From Candidatus Uhrbacteria bacterium (GTDB lineage Bacteria > Patescibacteriota > Patescibacteriia > 2-12-FULL-60-25), in NCBI GenBank assembly GCA_008363075.1, contig RHKK01000001.1, forward strand, positions 47,758 to 111,757: DNA of 64,000 bases. The letters are read 5' to 3'. Within the stretch, counting starts at the first letter, position 1. Every line of letters begins with the position of its first letter. Shown here in pieces: positions 50,609 to 59,560 of the stretch. The translations under genes were made by a program, and so were the position numbers. The notes beneath the pieces were generated by a model, which saw only the letters and a program-made list of their open reading frames with translations, searched no databases and was not told the origin of the DNA.

Positions 50609-51118
50609 TTAGGCTGCGGGAGCAGTCTTTTCCTTCTCCTCCTTGTAGGCATTGAGGAGGCGGGCGAATGCGCCGGTCGGACCGTTCAAGACCCACAACA
50701 GCTGGGTGAGCAGCTGCGATTTGGACGGGAGCTTCGAGAGCTTGGTCACGAACTCCCGGTCCACGACGTCGCCTTCGAAGATGCCGCCGACGAGCTTGAT
50801 GGCCGCGTCCTTTTTGTTCGCGACTTCGCCGATGATGCGTGCCGGGGCCATCTCGTCCTCTTGGGCGATGGCCATGCCGAGCATGCCGGGCATGGTGCGG
50901 AAGTCGATTTCATAACCGGCTTCCTTGGCCGCGCGGGACATCAGCGTCTTTTTCGCGACGATGTAGTCCACCTGTTCGGAGCGAAGCTTCTTGCGAAGCT
51001 CGGACACCGCTTGCACGGACATGCCCTGGAAATCGGCGAACACCGCCGCTTTGCCGGCCTTCATGGCCCGGGTCAGCTCGGCAACGGCTCCTTCCTTCTG
51101 TGCACGAGTTTTGGGCAT
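50609..51118 (-). CDS. rplJ: 50S ribosomal protein L10
   Basis: 169 aa from MPKTRAQKEGAVAEL.. The longest ORF (51190) runs into the heptad array. Confidence 0.93.
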   Translation of the reverse strand: MPKTRAQKEGAVAELTRAMKAGKAAVFADFQGMSVQAVSELRKKLRSEQVDYIVAKKTLMSRAAKEAGYEIDFRTMPGMLGMAIAQEDEMAPARIIGEVANKKDAAIKLVGGIFEGDVVDREFVTKLSKLPSKSQLLTQLLWVLNGPTGAFARLLNAYKEEKEKTAPAA

Positions 51119-51127
51119 TTTTTGGTA

Positions 51128-51183
51128 GTGAGTAGAAAGTAGTGAGTAGAAAGTAGCAAGGCTACAGACTACGGACTCGCTAC
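51128..51183. repeat. heptad array gtgagta/gaaagta/gtgagta/gaaagta, decaying into gcaaggc/tacagac/tacggac/tcgctac, 5' of rplJ
   Basis: Read directly from the sequence. It shares a 21-mer with 13650-13670. Confidence 0.85.
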
Positions 51184-51254
51184 ACAACACTCATGAATTA
51201 ACAAACGACCGCAGAGGTCTTTGTGAAGACGTCCTGCGGTCGGTTTTTCGCTAG

Positions 51255-51282
51255 GTAGGGGCAAGGCATGCCTTGCCCCTAC
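51255..51282. repeat. perfect 28-nt palindrome (family E)
   Basis: GTAGGGGCAAGGCATGCCTTGCCCCTAC. Confidence 0.9.
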
Positions 51283-51438
51283 GAAGGAAATCGCGATCCT
51301 CGGTAAGGGCTCCGACTTTGGAGCATTAGATCCGCGATCCCGCGGAACCTCACTGTCTCAGGACTCTTGCGTTCGTTTGCGCGTAGATTAGCCAAGTCTT
51401 GGAAAGACGTCAAGCGGTCGCTCTGATACGATAACCGC

Positions 51439-52236
51439 ATGATCCTTCGTTTTCTCGGGACCGGCCCGGCGGCCGCGATCCCGCGCGCCGGACACACGGA
51501 CGCCGCCTGCGTCGATGCGCGGCGCGAAGGCAGCAAAAGCCGGCGACGCCGATCGTCCGCGCTGGTCTCGACGCGCTCGACCACGATCCTGATCGACGTC
51601 GGGCCGGACGTCCTCGAGCAGCTCGCCGAAGCGTGCCTGCGAAAAATCGACGCCGTCCTTCTCACGCATGTCCACGCGGACGCAACAGGCGGACTCCCCC
51701 TCCTGAACCGTTGGGTGGAAGATCGATGCTTTTCAACCAAACTTCCAATCCTGACCGATCGAAAAACGGCTGCATGGCTCGTCGAGTATTATCCGCATCT
51801 CGAATACCTCCAGTTCGTCATCATTAAATCTTTCGACCGCGTCCGGATCGGCGATCTACATATCCTCCCGTTTGCCGTCGAGCACGGTGACGTCCCTTGT
51901 TTCGGCTACACGTTCGGCAACGCGTTCGCCTATGCGAGCGATATGAGCGGGATGCCATCGGCATCCGCAAAGGCATTGAGACGCGTCGGGACGCTTATCC
52001 TCGACGGCGCATTCTACTTCCATCAAAAAAAGCTCCAGAAACACTTCACGACGGACGAAGCGATCGCCTGGGCCGTCGCACACGGCGCCAAGGACGTTGT
52101 ACTCACGCAAATCGGCCATACGTATCCTCCGCACCGGGTGGCCGAGCGCGAGCTGCGCGCCTATCTCACACGTGAAAACATCACGGGCCTGCGCGTCCGT
52201 CTAGCCTATGACGGGATGAAACGGCGCTTCACGTAA
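51439..52236 (+). CDS. MBL-fold metallo-hydrolase
   Basis: 265 aa. ILRFLGTG.., LLTHVHADATGG (HxHxDH-type motif). Confidence 0.8.
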   Translation: MILRFLGTGPAAAIPRAGHTDAACVDARREGSKSRRRRSSALVSTRSTTILIDVGPDVLEQLAEACLRKIDAVLLTHVHADATGGLPLLNRWVEDRCFSTKLPILTDRKTAAWLVEYYPHLEYLQFVIIKSFDRVRIGDLHILPFAVEHGDVPCFGYTFGNAFAYASDMSGMPSASAKALRRVGTLILDGAFYFHQKKLQKHFTTDEAIAWAVAHGAKDVVLTQIGHTYPPHRVAERELRAYLTRENITGLRVRLAYDGMKRRFT

Positions 52237-52438
52237 ATGCGCCCGCGTCCATGCGCATCTTGATTTCGCTGATCAAATCCTCGATATCCTTCTTTTCCTG
52301 CGCCAACATGCGTTCCCATACGGGAACGGAGTGGCACTTGGCCTTTGTCGCGTCATCCAAATAGTACTTTTCAATGCGCCACGCGTTATCAAGCTTACCG
52401 TGAAGCATCTTGATCAAATCATAATTGATGTTTTGCAT
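52229..52438 (-). CDS. small hypothetical protein
   Basis: 69 aa from MQNINYDLIKML.., AT-richer, preceded by a near-consensus promoter. The upstream part of the 136-aa ORF is Arg-rich shadow. Confidence 0.55.
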   Translation of the reverse strand: MQNINYDLIKMLHGKLDNAWRIEKYYLDDATKAKCHSVPVWERMLAQEKKDIEDLISEIKMRMDAGAFT

Positions 52439-52460
52439 ATGTATTTTTACAGACAATAAA

Positions 52461-52489
52461 ATAATACCATTTTTTAATCCTGTGGTCAA
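52461..52489 (-). promoter_or_regulatory. near-consensus sigma-70 promoter
   Basis: The minus strand reads TTGACC-17 nt-TATTAT, about 22 nt upstream of ATG 52438. Confidence 0.55.
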
Positions 52490-52521
52490 ACGGCGCCGAG
52501 CTTCGCGAAAAAATCGGGCGA

Positions 52522-52875
52522 CTAGGAACGGCCGCGCTCCCTCACGAACCAGCCGATGACGGTGGCGAGCACGGCGTACACGAGCCCGCCCCAGAACGCG
52601 GGGCCGAATCCCGCGACGTCGAAACCCGGGGTGATCCACGCCGCGAGCGCAAACATGAGCGCGTTGATCACGAGCGAGAACAAGCCGAGTGTTAGAACCG
52701 TGATCGGCAGGGACAGGAGCTCGATCAGCGGCCGGACAAGAGCGTTCACCAGACCGATCACGACGGCGGCAAGGAGCGCGATCGGAAAATCACGCACGGC
52801 GATGCCCGGAATGACGTTGGCGACGACGATCAATGCAAGCGCGTTCAAGACGAGACGAATGATGAGATACAGCAT
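52522..52875 (-). CDS. phage holin family IV / DUF360-type membrane protein
   Basis: 117 aa with four TM helices. The LVLNALALIVVANVIPGI.. pattern is typical of this family. Confidence 0.75.
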   Translation of the reverse strand: MLYLIIRLVLNALALIVVANVIPGIAVRDFPIALLAAVVIGLVNALVRPLIELLSLPITVLTLGLFSLVINALMFALAAWITPGFDVAGFGPAFWGGLVYAVLATVIGWFVRERGRS

Positions 52876-52884
52876 ACGAAGGCA

Positions 52885-53088
52885 TTATACCCCACGCTCG
52901 CGTATTTCCTTGATCTTGTTCTCGGCTTCATCGAGACGCTCTTTCAGAACCCTGGCCAGCTCGGATGCGCGCTCGTATTTTTTCATCCCCTCCTCCAAAT
53001 CCGGTTCGCCTTGCTCAAACCACGAGGCAATGCCCTCGAGCTCCTCGAATCCTTTCGCGAAATCGATCTCGTTCTTTTTCTTTGCCAT
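52885..53088 (-). CDS. xseB: exodeoxyribonuclease VII small subunit
   Basis: 67 aa. FAKGFEELEGIASWFEQGEPDLEEGMKKYERASEL fits XseB. It lies directly downstream of xseA. Confidence 0.85.
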   Translation of the reverse strand: MAKKKNEIDFAKGFEELEGIASWFEQGEPDLEEGMKKYERASELARVLKERLDEAENKIKEIRERGV

Positions 53089-53090
53089 AC

Positions 53091-54230
53091 TCAAATAAGT
53101 TTTTGTTGCTTGCCGTCGATTCTGGCACCCACGGACCCGTCGCGCAATCGGATTGATACGGCGAGACCCGGCTTCGCTTGAGCCGCGGACGTGATCAACG
53201 AACCGTCGGGCGCGGTTAGAAGGGCGAAGCCGCGTTTCAAGACGGATTCCGGATTGAAGGATGACACGAGTCGCAAGAGGGAGGCGACGCGCATCCGGAA
53301 CGTATCGAGCCAACGATCGGCGCCCGTGGTCGCCCGCAGAATGGTTTCACGTCCGGTCTTGATGCTTCGAAGCAACGCTTCGGAAAGGGATGTTTCGATT
53401 TGTGCGAGTTCGAAGAGCACGTCGCGACGATCCGGGACGAGGCGGCGGGCACAGTCGGTGGGCGTCGAGCCACGCACGTCGGCGACTTCCTCAGCGAGCG
53501 TGACATCGCGCTCGTGGCCGATGGCGACCAGGGTCGGGATCTTCGAAGCGTAAATCGCGCGCACGAGACGTTCGTCGTTGAATGCCGTAAGTTCCTCGAA
53601 TGAGCCGCCGCCGCGCGTGATCACGACCACGTCGTATCCACCCCTCCTCTCGGAGGAGGGGCCGGGGGAGGTGTTGGCGCGGGCGAGCGCGGACATCACG
53701 GAATCCGGCGCTTTCTCGCCCTGCACGACGGCATGATAGAGGTCGATCTCGAGTCCGCGCCAACGCTCGTTCACGATGCGGACGAAGTCGCCGTACGCCG
53801 CGCTTTCCCGCGACGCGATGAGCGCAATCCGCGACGGGAATCGCGGGAGTTCGCGCTTGCGCGACGGATCGAAGAGCCCTTCCGCGTCGAGCTTGGCGCG
53901 GAGCGCCGCGAGCGCCTTGCGCAAGGCGCCTTCGCCGACCAACTCCACGCGTTCGACGTTAAACGAAAGCTTTCCCCATTTCGGATAGACGCGCGGCGTG
54001 CCGTACAGGCGCACGCGCATCCCGTCTTCGATCGGCAGCCGCAACTTATTCAACACCAAAAAACAATTGATGAGCGCGGTTTCATCTTTCAAATTAAAAC
54101 TCACCCACTGCCCCTGCGAAATCCGGAATTCGCTCACCTCCCCCTCGATCGCCGCCTCGTTCGCATCCCAAATCGCCTTGAACGTATCGTTCAGGTACGC
54201 GACGAACTGCGAAACAGAGAGGATGTGCAT
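53091..54230 (-). CDS. xseA: exodeoxyribonuclease VII large subunit
   Basis: 379 aa. OB-fold N-terminus (ISVSQFVAYLN..), TRGGGSFEELTAFNDERLVRAI and AIGHERDVTLAEEVADVRGSTPT. Confidence 0.92.
   Translation of the reverse strand: MHILSVSQFVAYLNDTFKAIWDANEAAIEGEVSEFRISQGQWVSFNLKDETALINCFLVLNKLRLPIEDGMRVRLYGTPRVYPKWGKLSFNVERVELVGEGALRKALAALRAKLDAEGLFDPSRKRELPRFPSRIALIASRESAAYGDFVRIVNERWRGLEIDLYHAVVQGEKAPDSVMSALARANTSPGPSSERRGGYDVVVITRGGGSFEELTAFNDERLVRAIYASKIPTLVAIGHERDVTLAEEVADVRGSTPTDCARRLVPDRRDVLFELAQIETSLSEALLRSIKTGRETILRATTGADRWLDTFRMRVASLLRLVSSFNPESVLKRGFALLTAPDGSLITSAAQAKPGLAVSIRLRDGSVGARIDGKQQKLI
53638..53673. repeat. C-run/G-run hairpin element (family C) in frame inside xseA
   Basis: CCACCCCTCCTCTCGGAGGAGGGGCCGGGGGAGGTG. 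Its reverse complement nearly equals the queA copy. It is translated as TSPGPSSERRGG. Confidence 0.8.
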
Positions 54231-55405
54231 CAGAACTCCATCTTTCCAGCCCGGATTTGATCGCGCAAACCCTCGTCCGACAGACGTGCGATCTCTTCGA
54301 GCCGCTCGGCACGCGCCTCGCCTTCGAGAATGCGTGGGCGGCTTTGGTCGATGCGGATGGGGATCGGTTCCAAAGTCAGATATGAGAAGTTAGATGCCAG
54401 GGGTTTGGAAATGGTGAGCGCGACCGCGAGCCCCGCGCGCGTTTGTGCGGACCAATCCTGGTCGAAGATAAAATTGCCGAGCGACCAAGCGATCGGTTTG
54501 CCGTCATATGTCGAAAAGCCCTGAGCCCAATGCGGATGCCCGCCGATGATCACGTCCACGCCGGTTTCGACGAGCCATCGCGCGGTTTGCATGGATGAGG
54601 CGTCCGGCCGCGAGCGATATTCCGTCCCCCAGTGCATGAACGCGATCACGACGTCGGCTTGCTCCTTCGCCGTCGCGATCGCCTGCGTCGCCTGCATACG
54701 GTTCAGCGAGTTGTCGGTCATGTTGAATCCGAGAAACGCAAGGCGCGTGCCGTGGATCGTGGTCGTGGCGAGGGCGACAAGCCCGTCATCCACCTGGTGC
54801 CCGAACACGAGGAACCCGGCCTTGCGCAAACGACGGACCGAGTCCTCGTATCCGATCGCTCCCTGGTCGAGCGTGTGATTGTTGGCCTGCGAAAACGCGT
54901 CAAACCCTTGTTCTTGCAGTGTCGGAATCACGGACGGATCGAACAGGAAGTCGATGGACTTTTCCGGCGGCCGCCGACGATCCGTGACCGGTCCCTCGAG
55001 ATTGCCGACCGCATAATCGAATGACGCGATCCAACCTTCGGGGAGCGCGCGAAACGGATACGCGGGATCGTTCGCCCGGCGCATGCGATTCGCCACTTCG
55101 CGGTCCAGCATCACGTCGCCCACAAACAGGATGCGCACGGGCCGTTGTTCGGGCGTCTCCACGCCGCCGCCCCGGATCGCGCCGCCGGACATCGCAAACC
55201 CAGGCCGCGGAAGGCGGTCCGCCAGCGCGCGAAAGGATACGGGCGGCGGCCACGGCAGGAGGATCCATGCGCCGATCCCGAGCGCGATCCCGAGACAGAT
55301 CGATCCGGAAATCCGCCAAGCCCTTATCGGAGCCATAGCCGAACGATCAACAAAAACAATAGGCCCCACAGCAGGTTGGTGATCAGGGCGTCCGCCATGA
55401 ACCAC
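54230..55405 (-). CDS. CapA family protein (metallophosphatase-like)
   Basis: ILFVGDVMLDR.., FDYAVGNLEGP, NNHTLDQG, HWGTEY, GGHPHW. An alternative start is at 55336. Confidence 0.85.
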   Translation of the reverse strand: MVHGGRPDHQPAVGPIVFVDRSAMAPIRAWRISGSICLGIALGIGAWILLPWPPPVSFRALADRLPRPGFAMSGGAIRGGGVETPEQRPVRILFVGDVMLDREVANRMRRANDPAYPFRALPEGWIASFDYAVGNLEGPVTDRRRPPEKSIDFLFDPSVIPTLQEQGFDAFSQANNHTLDQGAIGYEDSVRRLRKAGFLVFGHQVDDGLVALATTTIHGTRLAFLGFNMTDNSLNRMQATQAIATAKEQADVVIAFMHWGTEYRSRPDASSMQTARWLVETGVDVIIGGHPHWAQGFSTYDGKPIAWSLGNFIFDQDWSAQTRAGLAVALTISKPLASNFSYLTLEPIPIRIDQSRPRILEGEARAERLEEIARLSDEGLRDQIRAGKMEF

Positions 55406-55761
55406 GGATCATGCTTGCGACCGAAGAGCCCATGTCCCTCAAGCGGCATGACGATGCAACCGCTCACGATCGTGAGTCCGACGACGTACAGCAGCATGGA
55501 TGGCAGATCGAACCCGGACAGCCATCCCACCTCGACCAGGCTGACGTATGCGAGACCGAAAAACGCCGACAGCATCAGATGCACGAATACGCCGACCAGG
55601 TAGGCTTCTCGGCGCGAGACCATCCGGCCGAACAGGCGCGGATGCTCCCCTTCCGGAATGAAATTTCCCGCTCCGAACCTGGGCGCGACGTGCGAAACGA
55701 ACGCGAGGATCGCGCCGGCCGCCGTGCCGGCGATCGCGCCGAGAAGCAGCGAAGCGAACAT
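55324..55761 (-). CDS. integral membrane protein (hypothetical)
   Basis: 145 aa with four hydrophobic helices. Confidence 0.6.
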   Translation of the reverse strand: MFASLLLGAIAGTAAGAILAFVSHVAPRFGAGNFIPEGEHPRLFGRMVSRREAYLVGVFVHLMLSAFFGLAYVSLVEVGWLSGFDLPSMLLYVVGLTIVSGCIVMPLEGHGLFGRKHDPWFMADALITNLLWGLLFLLIVRLWLR

Positions 55762-55781
55762 ACGTTCGATGGTTCGAGCCG

Positions 55782-56960
55782 TTACGGTTGGAGCGTCTCC
55801 TCCGGCGATTTGCCCGGCACGGAGATCACGACGTTGCGTACGGTCGAAAATTGTTTGAGCGTCGTTTCGATTTGTGAGCGGATCGCCTCCACGTTACATG
55901 CACCGCCGCCATACGACTCAAGCTCCGAAGACAAGACGACGTTAGCCGTGCCGTTCGATACCGTCAGTGATTCGAGACGCGTACCTTTGGGGATCGCGGT
56001 ATGTTCGGGACGAAGCTCGGCCATCTTGAGCAGAAGCCGCAACGAGGTTTCCACCGGAAGGCCGGAACGGGGCACGGAGGCTTCCAGCTGATTTACGATC
56101 GAACAATCCGTCTCGGTCGGAACCGCGCGCAGGTACACGCGAGAAATCATCGTCTGTCTCGGTAGGATGACCGGGATACGCACGACATGGACGGGTCGCC
56201 CGTCCTTCGCGCTCGATTCAAACACCTCGAGCGTTCCGGTCGACGTTGCCGGCACCGAGAGAATGAAACCCCTGATCTGGAAGTTGCCCGGTTGACCGAC
56301 CTCCGGCGCGTCCGCGGTGACAAAACCGGATTCCAGCTCCGTTCCGTTCCCGTCCAGCAATCGCCAGTTGATCGTATTCTCAAAGGCGATACCGCTCCCG
56401 TCCGCGAGGAACGGGTTGGACAGGGTCGAATTGCGTACTCCCTCATAGAGGCAGATGAAGTTGAGATCGTCGCAGATCATACCCTCGGGCGTTTCACGTG
56501 CCGGCCCGACGGGAACCGGAGGTACTGACGGCGCGCTCCGACACACGCCGACCGCTTCGGTTTCGCCTTCCAAGGTTTCAACATCGGTACAGACCTGATC
56601 CTTTGGACATGACCATCCTTCGTCGCCGCCACACAGGCATTGCGGTTCGCATTGCGTGATGCATACCTCGCCCGGCTTCCCGTGGCAGGGATTGCCACAC
56701 TCCGTCCACTTGCCGCCGGCCGTTTCGCAGGCGCTTTGCGCGGGAGAGACGGGCGCCGTCGCGACGGGAGCGGGTTCGGGTTGCGGCACGGGTTTTGTCC
56801 CGATGGGAAGCTCGCGCCAGATCAGCAACAACGCGACCGTCAACATCGCGACGATGGCGACCATGAACACGATGCTGAACGAGGCATGGGCGTGCTCCGG
56901 CGGCGGCGCGACCGCGGGCTTTTTCTTCGATCGTGTGGTTTTGGACGTACGTGGAGGCAT
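55782..56960 (-). CDS. secreted/anchored protein with a Cys-rich module, a Gmad2-like Ig domain and a GerMN domain
   Basis: Start MPPRTSKTTRSKKK, one TM, and C-terminus ..ACNVEAIRSQIETTLKQFSTVRNVVISVPGK (GerMN-like). The longest ORF (56984) overlaps the upstream terminator. Confidence 0.65.
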   Translation of the reverse strand: MPPRTSKTTRSKKKPAVAPPPEHAHASFSIVFMVAIVAMLTVALLLIWRELPIGTKPVPQPEPAPVATAPVSPAQSACETAGGKWTECGNPCHGKPGEVCITQCEPQCLCGGDEGWSCPKDQVCTDVETLEGETEAVGVCRSAPSVPPVPVGPARETPEGMICDDLNFICLYEGVRNSTLSNPFLADGSGIAFENTINWRLLDGNGTELESGFVTADAPEVGQPGNFQIRGFILSVPATSTGTLEVFESSAKDGRPVHVVRIPVILPRQTMISRVYLRAVPTETDCSIVNQLEASVPRSGLPVETSLRLLLKMAELRPEHTAIPKGTRLESLTVSNGTANVVLSSELESYGGGACNVEAIRSQIETTLKQFSTVRNVVISVPGKSPEETLQP

Positions 56961-56972
56961 ATATCGGAAGTA

Positions 56973-57004
56973 TAACAAAAACACGGAAAGACTTCTTCCC
57001 GTGT
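56973..57004 (-). terminator. rho-independent terminator after the C39-like peptidase gene
   Basis: The minus strand has the hairpin ACACGGGAAGAAGTCTTTCCGTGT followed by TTTTGTT. Confidence 0.65.
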
Positions 57005-57014
57005 CGCAATACGC

Positions 57015-57893
57015 TTACGAATTGGGCAGTACGACGATGAATTCCCTCGCGCCTTTGCGCATATCCTCCGGATGAAACGAGTGGATCGCATTCAGGAGGA
57101 CATCGTTCGCGTAAAGGTAATCCGCGCCGCGACGCGTCCCGGGATCGTTCGTAATCCATTTACCGTCCTTGGTATATCCCTTCACGACCAGCATGTGATA
57201 CTCCGGGCCCCCGTTACGGAAGTTCGGATTGCCGAGTGCCTTGCCGTAGGCCGGGACGATGATCGGGTAGCCGTTCGCCAGTACGCGCTTCATGTCCTCG
57301 GGAGTTTCAAGCGGACGGATGAACGCACTTTCGTATCCGAAATACTCCTTTGCGGTGCGCGCGACCTCCTGCGTCGTCGTGTCCTTGTTGTACCCATAGG
57401 TCGCGTCCTCGAACGCCACGACCTTGAGGATCGCTTCCGCCGCCTCGTCGGCGCCGAACGCCGTCGAGCGCCCGCGATAGAACGCGTCCACCATGAGCAA
57501 GGAGGCCTCCTCGCATGCGTCGCCGAACGGCTGCTCCCAATTCTGGTGCGGGGCCTGCAGCATGAACGGCACCGCGAGATTCACCTCTGCGGGCAGGGCG
57601 TCTTCGCCCGGGGGCGAATCGGTGGGGTCAGTCGGTAGTTGCTCGTCAGTAGTCGGTAGCTCCGATTCGGACAAAGCGGAAACGGCTTCTTCCTGATTCT
57701 TGATTCCTGATTCTTGATTCTCCGGCCGGTACTCCTGCGCCGCAGGGAGCGCGGGCCTCGTCGCATTCGCCCAGGCCTCGCGGATCGAGGCGCGGTTCAT
57801 CCACCCGCCCACCGAAAACGCGACGGCCACGAGGCCGATCGCAAGAAGCGCGCGTTTGGGATGTCGCATAATATTAGAATGGAAGGCTACCAC
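57015..57893 (-). CDS. C39-like peptidase family protein (Peptidase_C39_2-like)
   Basis: 292 aa. N-terminal TM, then ..VPFMLQAPHQNWEQPFGDACEEASLLMV.. and ..YHMLVVKGY.. Confidence 0.7.
   Translation of the reverse strand: MVAFHSNIMRHPKRALLAIGLVAVAFSVGGWMNRASIREAWANATRPALPAAQEYRPENQESGIKNQEEAVSALSESELPTTDEQLPTDPTDSPPGEDALPAEVNLAVPFMLQAPHQNWEQPFGDACEEASLLMVDAFYRGRSTAFGADEAAEAILKVVAFEDATYGYNKDTTTQEVARTAKEYFGYESAFIRPLETPEDMKRVLANGYPIIVPAYGKALGNPNFRNGGPEYHMLVVKGYTKDGKWITNDPGTRRGADYLYANDVLLNAIHSFHPEDMRKGAREFIVVLPNS
57694..57721. repeat. heptad array tgattct/tgattcc/tgattct/tgattct inside the peptidase ORF linker
   Basis: Read directly from the sequence. It encodes ENQESGIKNQEE. Confidence 0.9.
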
Positions 57894-57905
57894 GAATCGA
57901 CGAAT

Positions 57906-57930
57906 TTGAAAAGCCCCGCTCGTGCGAGGC
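57906..57930 (-). terminator. rho-independent terminator after the cyclophilin gene
   Basis: The minus strand has the stem GCCTCGC-ACGA-GCGGGGC followed by TTTTCAAATT. Confidence 0.6.
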
Positions 57931-57945
57931 CTTCGGGTGACCCTC

Positions 57946-58635
57946 CTATTCCTCGATCGTCACGCGCTCCATCTTCACTTCCGAAACGGGACGGTCGAGC
58001 TGACCCGGTGCAAGACGCTCGACGAGCGAGATCTTGTCGGCGACTTCCTGACCTTCGATCACATGGCCGAAGATCGAGTAGTTCGGCGGCAGCGGATAAT
58101 CGCCCACCATGATGAAGAATTGCGAACCGTTGGTGTCCGGGCCCGCGTTCGCCATGGCCACGACCCCTTTTTCGTAGACCGGCGCTTCAAGCGTCGTGCC
58201 CTGAATCGTGATGGACTTCGTCGGAAGCTCACCGACGGGATCGTTATCGAACATGTATCCCGGACCGCCTCGGCCGGTCCCGGTCGGGTCGCCGCCCTGG
58301 ATCATGAAATCCGGGATGACGCGGTGGAAAATCGTCCCGTTGTAAAAGCCCTGCTCGACCAGATAGACGAAGTTCGAGGCGGCCAAGGGACCTGCGGCCG
58401 GATCGACTTGGATCACGATATCGCCCTGATTGGTTTTGATGCGGACTTTTTTCTCGACTTCGGCGGCCGGACGAGCGCCCGGGAAAGAGAGTGACGGCAT
58501 GGAGGTGGTGGGTGAAGAATCGGATATAGGCGCGGGCGTCGGTTGGACGGGCGCGGGCGTCGGCTCGGGTGACGGACACCCCTGACCGAGCAACGCGAGG
58601 CCCAGGATGGCGGAGAAAAAGATCGTCGGTTTCAT
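57946..58635 (-). CDS. peptidyl-prolyl cis-trans isomerase (cyclophilin type), lipoprotein
   Basis: MKPTIFFSAILGLALLGQGC lipobox, then FHRVIPDFMIQGGDPTGTGRGGPGY. The start overlaps the upstream stop as ATGA. Confidence 0.9.
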   Translation of the reverse strand: MKPTIFFSAILGLALLGQGCPSPEPTPAPVQPTPAPISDSSPTTSMPSLSFPGARPAAEVEKKVRIKTNQGDIVIQVDPAAGPLAASNFVYLVEQGFYNGTIFHRVIPDFMIQGGDPTGTGRGGPGYMFDNDPVGELPTKSITIQGTTLEAPVYEKGVVAMANAGPDTNGSQFFIMVGDYPLPPNYSIFGHVIEGQEVADKISLVERLAPGQLDRPVSEVKMERVTIEE

Positions 58636-59537
58636 AGTGTGGGGATGATAAGTGAAAAGTGCTCGGGGGACAAACGCACATCGAAAGCCGCTCCCCTGTC
58701 GGTACGTACGCGGACGGATGACGGCAGCGCATCGTCCGGCAAATAGATAAGCTCGATCCACGCCGCGCCGCAGGATTCGGACGAAACGAGTTCAGCGGCG
58801 GCCTTGCGGGCGAGCTCTGCGCCGCGATTGGCGGGATGCGATGCGTGGAACCCCGCGCCGCTTGGCCAATCCGGTAACGTGGAACCGTAGCGGCCTCCGG
58901 GAGGCGCTTGTCGAGACGAACCGACGCGATTCATCAGCCCGCCTCGCGTATCGTGTCCGGCCGGATTCACTTTCCAGTCGAGTTCCGGCCAACGCTGTGA
59001 CAGAGCGGATGCAGTGCGCAAACGAAGATCGTCGAGCGCGATGGACGGAACATGCGAAAGCCGTACGACGGCCGAGGATCTTGCCTTCTCAAACGCGACG
59101 GAGACATCGAAATCCGCTCCGCACCAATACCAATCGGGATCTTCCCGACGCAGGCGGACAATCTCGGACGCGATCTCCCGAGCGCGCACGACGTGCACCG
59201 GCAAACGCTCCGGCGTTTCGGCGGTCGCGTACCCGAAGACAGCATGCGCGTCCGCAGTCGTGCGCAGCGCGCCTTCCATGCGCTCGATCGAAACGAACGG
59301 CTCGAGCGCGAGCGCGGGGTCGATTTCCGCCAACGCCGTCTTTACGATCGCGCCGGCGTCGAAGTCCGCCTGCGACCGTACTTCACCGGTCACGAACAGG
59401 GTCCCATGACCTCCCGACACACGCAGGTCGCAACGCGATTCCGGATCGCGGCGGACGTATTCATCGACCAAGGCCCGTGCGACACGATCGCACGCTTCAT
59501 CCGGATGCCCCGGCCCCCGAACCGACGCGAATGCCAT
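58632..59537 (-). CDS. MetK (S-adenosylmethionine synthetase)-like protein, shortened and with degenerate catalytic motifs
   Basis: 301 aa. GPGHPDEACDRVARALVDEYVRRDP.. aligns to GHPDKxxDQISDAxLD, VFGYATAETPERLPV to MFGYATNET, and VNPAGHDTRGG to INPTGRFVIGG. GAGDQG and GLTGRK have no counterpart. Confidence 0.6.
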   Translation of the reverse strand: MAFASVRGPGHPDEACDRVARALVDEYVRRDPESRCDLRVSGGHGTLFVTGEVRSQADFDAGAIVKTALAEIDPALALEPFVSIERMEGALRTTADAHAVFGYATAETPERLPVHVVRAREIASEIVRLRREDPDWYWCGADFDVSVAFEKARSSAVVRLSHVPSIALDDLRLRTASALSQRWPELDWKVNPAGHDTRGGLMNRVGSSRQAPPGGRYGSTLPDWPSGAGFHASHPANRGAELARKAAAELVSSESCGAAWIELIYLPDDALPSSVRVRTDRGAAFDVRLSPEHFSLIIPTL

Positions 59538-59560
59538 ATCGCCGCGACCTTAATCTCGTA

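Noticed and set aside
51283-51438. A possible tRNA or small RNA in the spacer between the family E palindrome and the MBL hydrolase gene.
   Set aside because: The local hairpin GCUCC..GGAGC has a 6-nt loop. No T-arm (GGTTCGAATCC-like) or acceptor pairing could be found on either strand.
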